Part shown: piece by piece, positions 6,859 through 10,364 of the stretch
How the letters are laid out: each line of letters starts with the position of its first letter
How positions within the stretch are numbered: position 1 is the first letter of the stretch
DNA from: Abditibacteriaceae bacterium
GTDB taxonomy: Bacteria > Armatimonadota > Abditibacteriia > Abditibacteriales > Abditibacteriaceae
Reading direction: 5' to 3'
Assembly: GCA_031372065.1 (NCBI GenBank)
Contig: JANMKN010000172.1
Span: 1-10,364 of the forward strand
DNA length: 10,364 nt
Made by a program: the position numbers and the translations under genes
The notes under the pieces: model-generated
The model's database searches: none
Seen by the model: only the letters and a program-made list of their open reading frames with translations
Told to the model about the DNA's origin: nothing

Positions 6859-9675
6859 TTATTCCAACTCTTTCATTTTGGCTTGCGCTTTGGCCGTTAA
6901 ATCTGTTGCTGGTTGGCGCGCGGCGAGTTTTTTATAAAGCACTAAAGCATCGCCTTTGGCGCCGCTGTTTTCCAGAGATTGCGCGGCTAACCATTGCGCT
7001 TGCGAAAACCATGCGGTTTTTTCGTCCAATGTGGCCAAGGCTAAAAGCGGTGCGGCTTCGGCGTATTTCTTTTGATTGAAAAGCGCCTCACCCAAACGAA
7101 ATTGCAGTTCGGCTTTGATGGCGCCTTCGGCTTTGGGCAGGGCCGACTGATAAACTGCGGCGGCTTTGATCGGGTCAGAAACGCTTTGGCCCCAGCCCAA
7201 ACGCGCGGCGGGCAAATAGGTTTTTAGTTCCGTCGGCACGGCTGTGTTATTGCCTTCGACATTGGTGACAAAGGCTTCATAACGCGCCGCTGCTTCGCTT
7301 AATTTTCCGGCGCGGCGATAACTATCGGCGGCCCAATAAGGTGCTTCCGGCGCGAAGGCGGTTTTGACTTTGGCTTCGCCGGATTTGTCGAAAGCTGTCG
7401 CGGCCTCGGCCCATTTTTCGGCGTTGTAAAGCACTGTTCCCAGTTGATAATTGGCGCGCGGCGTGAGATCGCTTTGCGGGTCTTTTTCGGCAGCGCGACG
7501 ATAAAAACCGGCGGCTTCGTCCCATTTTTTAGCGGCCAAAGCCACTTCGCCTTGTTGATAAAGCGCATCAGCGGCGCGCTTGCTATTCGGAAAATCGCGT
7601 TCCAAACGCGCCCAGCGCGCGGCTTCATCGGCGCTTTTCTGCTCGCGGAGCAGCCACGCGCTTTCATACAACGCGTCGGCGGCGAAATCGCCTTTCGGGT
7701 CGGCGGCGATAGCGGCATCATAAGCGGCTAAAGCACCGTTGTTTTTAATTTTGCCCAGCGCGTAACCTTGATGAAACAGCGATTCCGATTTAGTTTTTGG
7801 TTCTGTTGAAGCCGTCGCAAATTTGGCCCATTTTTCCGCTGCGCTTTGCCAATTTTCCTGCTTTTCGAGCGCAAAAGCGCCGCCTTGCAAGGCTTGCGCG
7901 GCGATGGCTTTGTCTTTGGCACTTTCCACAACGGCGAACGAAGTCGCAGCTTCTTTGTTTTTGCCGCCGTAGTATTGCACGCGCGCTAAAGTCAATTGCG
8001 CGTTGTCTTTGAGGTCGCCTGTGAGCAATGTGGCGGCATCGCGCGCGGCGCTTTCGGCATCGGCCCATTTTTCGGCGTCTTCCAAAGCCCACGCGAGGCC
8101 GAGTTTGGCTTCACCGGCCAATTTTCCTTTGGGAAAGGCCGCGATTTGCTTGCGAAAAGCCTCTGCCGCGCCCGCGTCTTTGGCGCTGAATTTCGCCCGC
8201 GCCACGAGATTTAACGCGCCTTCTTGCGTGTCGGTGTCAGGTTTGGCGTCCGCGACGCTTTGCGCGAGTTGCGCGGCTTTGGCCCACTCTTCTTTATCGA
8301 AAGCAGCCTGCGCCATTTGCAATTTCGCGCCGCCGATGAGGTTGCCGGGCAAGTCTTTGATGACGTTTTCGATGGCGCTGCCCGAAGTGCCCGCCAAATA
8401 TGCGATGCCGTTTTTGGCATCGGCGGCTTGCTCGGATTTTTCGTATTTTGTCAGGACGATTTTATAGGCTTCAGCGGCCTTGACGGGGTTTTTGGCTTGC
8501 GTCCACGCGTCGCCCATGCGCAGCGCCGCTTTGGGCGCCAAATCGCTCGTCGGAAAATTGTCCACCACTTTGGCATAATTGGCCGCAGCGTCGGCGAATT
8601 TGTTTTGCGCGAACTGCGAAGCGGCGGTGAAATACAGCGCGTTGGCGCCTAAAGTGGCTTCTTTGTTAGACAAAATCGGCGCATAGGCGGCCACGGCAGC
8701 CTCATAATTTTTGGCGTTGTATTGACTGTTGCCCAATCGCAGTTGAATGGTGGCGCGGCGTTTGTCATCGGCTTTGAGCGCGTTCAAAACTTGCGTGTAA
8801 CCTTGCGCGGCGTCGGCCCAGTTTTTCTGCGTGAAATCTACGCCCGCTTGTCCCAGCAATAAATCAGCTTTGTAGTTGCTTGTTTTCGTGTCGGCAAGAG
8901 CGGCTTTGTAGGCGGCTTTCGCTTCGTCGGGCTTTCCGGCGGCGGCTAAGGCATCGGCCAAGCGCACGCGCGCTTCGGGCGCGGCATCGGCTTTTGCATA
9001 TTTGGTGACGACGGTTTGAAACGCAGTCACGGCCTCGGCAGGTTTGTTGTCATCCATCGCCATCACGCCGATTTCCATCACGGCATCGGCAGCAGGCGGG
9101 TCGCTTTCGGCGTAATTGTCGCGGATGCGCTCGAAAACAGCTTTGGCGCCTTTGAAATCTTTTTGCATTTGGCGCCCTTTGCCAATGTAATAATTGGCCC
9201 ACGCCGCTTTGTCCGTGGCGTCCTGCCCCGCGCCGGGATTTTTCAAAAAATCAACCAATGGCGCGATGGATTTATCGGGCTTGTCGAGGAAAAAATAGGC
9301 TTCGCCGAGTTCAAAACGCGCCGCGTTGACGATTTTCGGCTCGGCATCGCCGTATTTTTGCAGCGCCGTTTCGTAGGCCGCCGCAGCGGAGGCATAATCT
9401 GGCCCTTTGTTGTCTTTGTCGGTGCGATAAATCGCCGCCGCGTATTGATAGGCGGCGATTTTGGCCTGCGGATGTGTCGGATTGGCCTCCACGAATTTCT
9501 TCAAACTTTGCGCCGCGAGGCTATAAAGTTTGCCCGCGTAAAGTTCGCTGGCGTATTTGTATTGTTCGTCCGGCGTGTCCGCCAAAACGGGCGCGGCGCA
9601 CGCCCCGCAAATCAAAAGCAACGCGCCGATTTTCACTTTCGTGGCACAGCGCAAAATGTTCTTTTCCTGTCGCAT
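6859..9675 (-). CDS. Large secreted tetratricopeptide-repeat protein (CpoB/BamD-type repeats), 938 aa
   Basis: Signal peptide ending ..GACAAPVLA|DTP. The rest is tandem ~37-aa helical repeats with recurring '[FY]Px[SG]xxAxxAxxxLG' turns, e.g. DNFPTSDLAPKAALRMG, AAFPKGKLAGEAKLGLA, RDFPNSKRAADALYQQG, KDPQSDLTPRANYQLG. SD AGAGGT lies 9 nt upstream. Confidence 0.92.
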   Translation of the reverse strand: MRQEKNILRCATKVKIGALLLICGACAAPVLADTPDEQYKYASELYAGKLYSLAAQSLKKFVEANPTHPQAKIAAYQYAAAIYRTDKDNKGPDYASAAAAYETALQKYGDAEPKIVNAARFELGEAYFFLDKPDKSIAPLVDFLKNPGAGQDATDKAAWANYYIGKGRQMQKDFKGAKAVFERIRDNYAESDPPAADAVMEIGVMAMDDNKPAEAVTAFQTVVTKYAKADAAPEARVRLADALAAAGKPDEAKAAYKAALADTKTSNYKADLLLGQAGVDFTQKNWADAAQGYTQVLNALKADDKRRATIQLRLGNSQYNAKNYEAAVAAYAPILSNKEATLGANALYFTAASQFAQNKFADAAANYAKVVDNFPTSDLAPKAALRMGDAWTQAKNPVKAAEAYKIVLTKYEKSEQAADAKNGIAYLAGTSGSAIENVIKDLPGNLIGGAKLQMAQAAFDKEEWAKAAQLAQSVADAKPDTDTQEGALNLVARAKFSAKDAGAAEAFRKQIAAFPKGKLAGEAKLGLAWALEDAEKWADAESAARDAATLLTGDLKDNAQLTLARVQYYGGKNKEAATSFAVVESAKDKAIAAQALQGGAFALEKQENWQSAAEKWAKFATASTEPKTKSESLFHQGYALGKIKNNGALAAYDAAIAADPKGDFAADALYESAWLLREQKSADEAARWARLERDFPNSKRAADALYQQGEVALAAKKWDEAAGFYRRAAEKDPQSDLTPRANYQLGTVLYNAEKWAEAATAFDKSGEAKVKTAFAPEAPYWAADSYRRAGKLSEAAARYEAFVTNVEGNNTAVPTELKTYLPAARLGWGQSVSDPIKAAAVYQSALPKAEGAIKAELQFRLGEALFNQKKYAEAAPLLALATLDEKTAWFSQAQWLAAQSLENSGAKGDALVLYKKLAARQPATDLTAKAQAKMKELE

Positions 9676-9684
9676 GAAACGTCA

Positions 9685-9690
9685 ACCTCT
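9685..9690 (-). promoter_or_regulatory. Shine-Dalgarno-like AGAGGT for the TPR gene
   Basis: ACCTCT on + at 9685-9690, 9 nt upstream of ATG 9675. Confidence 0.55.
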
Positions 9691-9731
9691 CTTGTTGAAT
9701 CAGGCGCTTTAGACCGGACGAAACAAAGCGA

Positions 9732-9752
9732 TGTTGCAAAAAACCAGCAACA
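9732..9752. promoter_or_regulatory. Candidate operator palindrome TGTTGC-N9-GCAACA upstream of the TPR/exbBD cluster
   Basis: TGTTGC (9732-9737), spacer aaaaaacca, GCAACA (9747-9752); about 60-80 nt upstream of the TPR start codon. Confidence 0.3.
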
Positions 9753-9814
9753 GGTCGTTGGTGGCAGGAATTAATTCACCGCAAAGACGCGGCGGGACGA
9801 AGAAAAACAAGGTC

Positions 9815-9867
9815 GCCAAAAAGCGCAAAAGACACAAAGAAATTAAATCTTCGTGTCTTTTCGCGGC
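9815..9867 (-). terminator. Hairpin just downstream of the hypothetical gene; probable intrinsic terminator and/or repeat-element remnant
   Basis: AAAAGACACAAAGA (9827-9840), loop AATTAAA, TCTTCGTGTCTTTT (9848-9861): 13 of 14 positions pair, and the mismatch is a G-U pair in the minus-strand RNA. A U-run (gcgcUUUUU) follows on the minus strand. The stem begins 14 nt after the stop at 9876. Confidence 0.55.
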
Positions 9868-9875
9868 TATGCAAT

Positions 9876-10364
9876 TTAAGGCGATGGCGTGGTCGGCGTG
9901 TGATGTCGCGTGGCGCGTTCGACATGGCTGGCGCTTGTCCACGCCGCTAAAACCGTGGGTTGGGTGTGATATTTGTTGCGAATAATGGCGTCCAGCTTAT
10001 GCACGGCCAGAACACCCGCTAAAAGGGCGTCGTCCAGACCTTTGGTGCCCGCGACCTGCGAATCGAGCGAGCTACCCTGCGTGCCTTCGGCGGCCTCGAA
10101 AACGGCCAAATCGTGCGTTAAATCGGCCAGAAAGTCGGCGCGGATTTCGTAGGCGATGAACTCGGCTTCCAGCGGCGTGGCGTCTCTCAAAAAGGCGCGA
10201 GCCGTCGTTTTCAGCGTCTCATCGCCATGATTGCGCGGACGGCGGAATTTGGCTTCGATGCCGGGTATTTCGTCGGCCATTGAATGCGCCGTGCGGGCGA
10301 TGGCATCAATATCCTCGTGCAAGTCCAAATACGCCTGCGCTTTGGACGAAGTGCCGCTATGCTG
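9876..10364 (-). CDS. Hypothetical alpha-helical protein, 5' end beyond the window
   Basis: The frame stays open past the track's TTG (10328) to the window edge: QHSGTSSKAQAYLDLHEDIDAIARTA... It is Ala/Asp/Leu-rich and helical-looking, ending LDAIIRNKYHTQPTVLAAWTSASHVER plus a short Pro/Thr tail. Confidence 0.75.
   Translation of the reverse strand, partial: QHSGTSSKAQAYLDLHEDIDAIARTAHSMADEIPGIEAKFRRPRNHGDETLKTTARAFLRDATPLEAEFIAYEIRADFLADLTHDLAVFEAAEGTQGSSLDSQVAGTKGLDDALLAGVLAVHKLDAIIRNKYHTQPTVLAAWTSASHVERATRHHTPTTPSP

Noticed and set aside
2687..9675. Calling the cluster a canonical tol-pal or tonB operon (tolA, tonB, cpoB symbols)
   Set aside because: There is no TonB_C/TolA-III domain, no TolB, Pal or receptor in the window, and the TPR protein is far longer than CpoB.
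7299..9985. ORFs overlapping the TPR gene and its upstream region (e.g. 8003..8467, 9016..9774, 9709..9942, 9731..9985)
   Set aside because: They are shadows of an Ala/Lys-rich gene or read through the repeat/hairpin element, with no motif support.
10326..10328. TTG 10328 as the start of the last gene
   Set aside because: The frame remains open to the window edge with protein-like sequence, so the gene probably starts outside the window.

Overview
All real genes in this window lie on the minus strand. In transcription order: (1) a 5'-truncated helical hypothetical protein (9876..>10364) followed by a hairpin/repeat element; (2) a 938-aa secreted all-TPR protein; (3) an R2K/DUF4343-type ATP-grasp ligase; (4) ExbB/TolQ; (5) ExbD/TolR; (6) a 738-aa TonB/TolA-like protein with a correctly spaced SHLS transmembrane motif and long Pro-rich and Gly-rich linkers, but ending in a PA14 carbohydrate-binding domain instead of a TonB_C/TolA-III domain; (7) a secreted BNR-repeat beta-propeller hydrolase with GH93-like rather than sialidase motifs; (8) a secreted GH81 endo-beta-1,3-glucanase that runs off the left edge and is missing from the supplied ORF track. 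The main candidate novelty is an ion-motive-force motor (ExbBD-type) whose force transducer ends in a lectin-type domain, next to a large TPR scaffold and glycan hydrolases. No TonB-dependent receptor, TolB or Pal is present in the window. All family calls come from manual motif recognition, not database searches.
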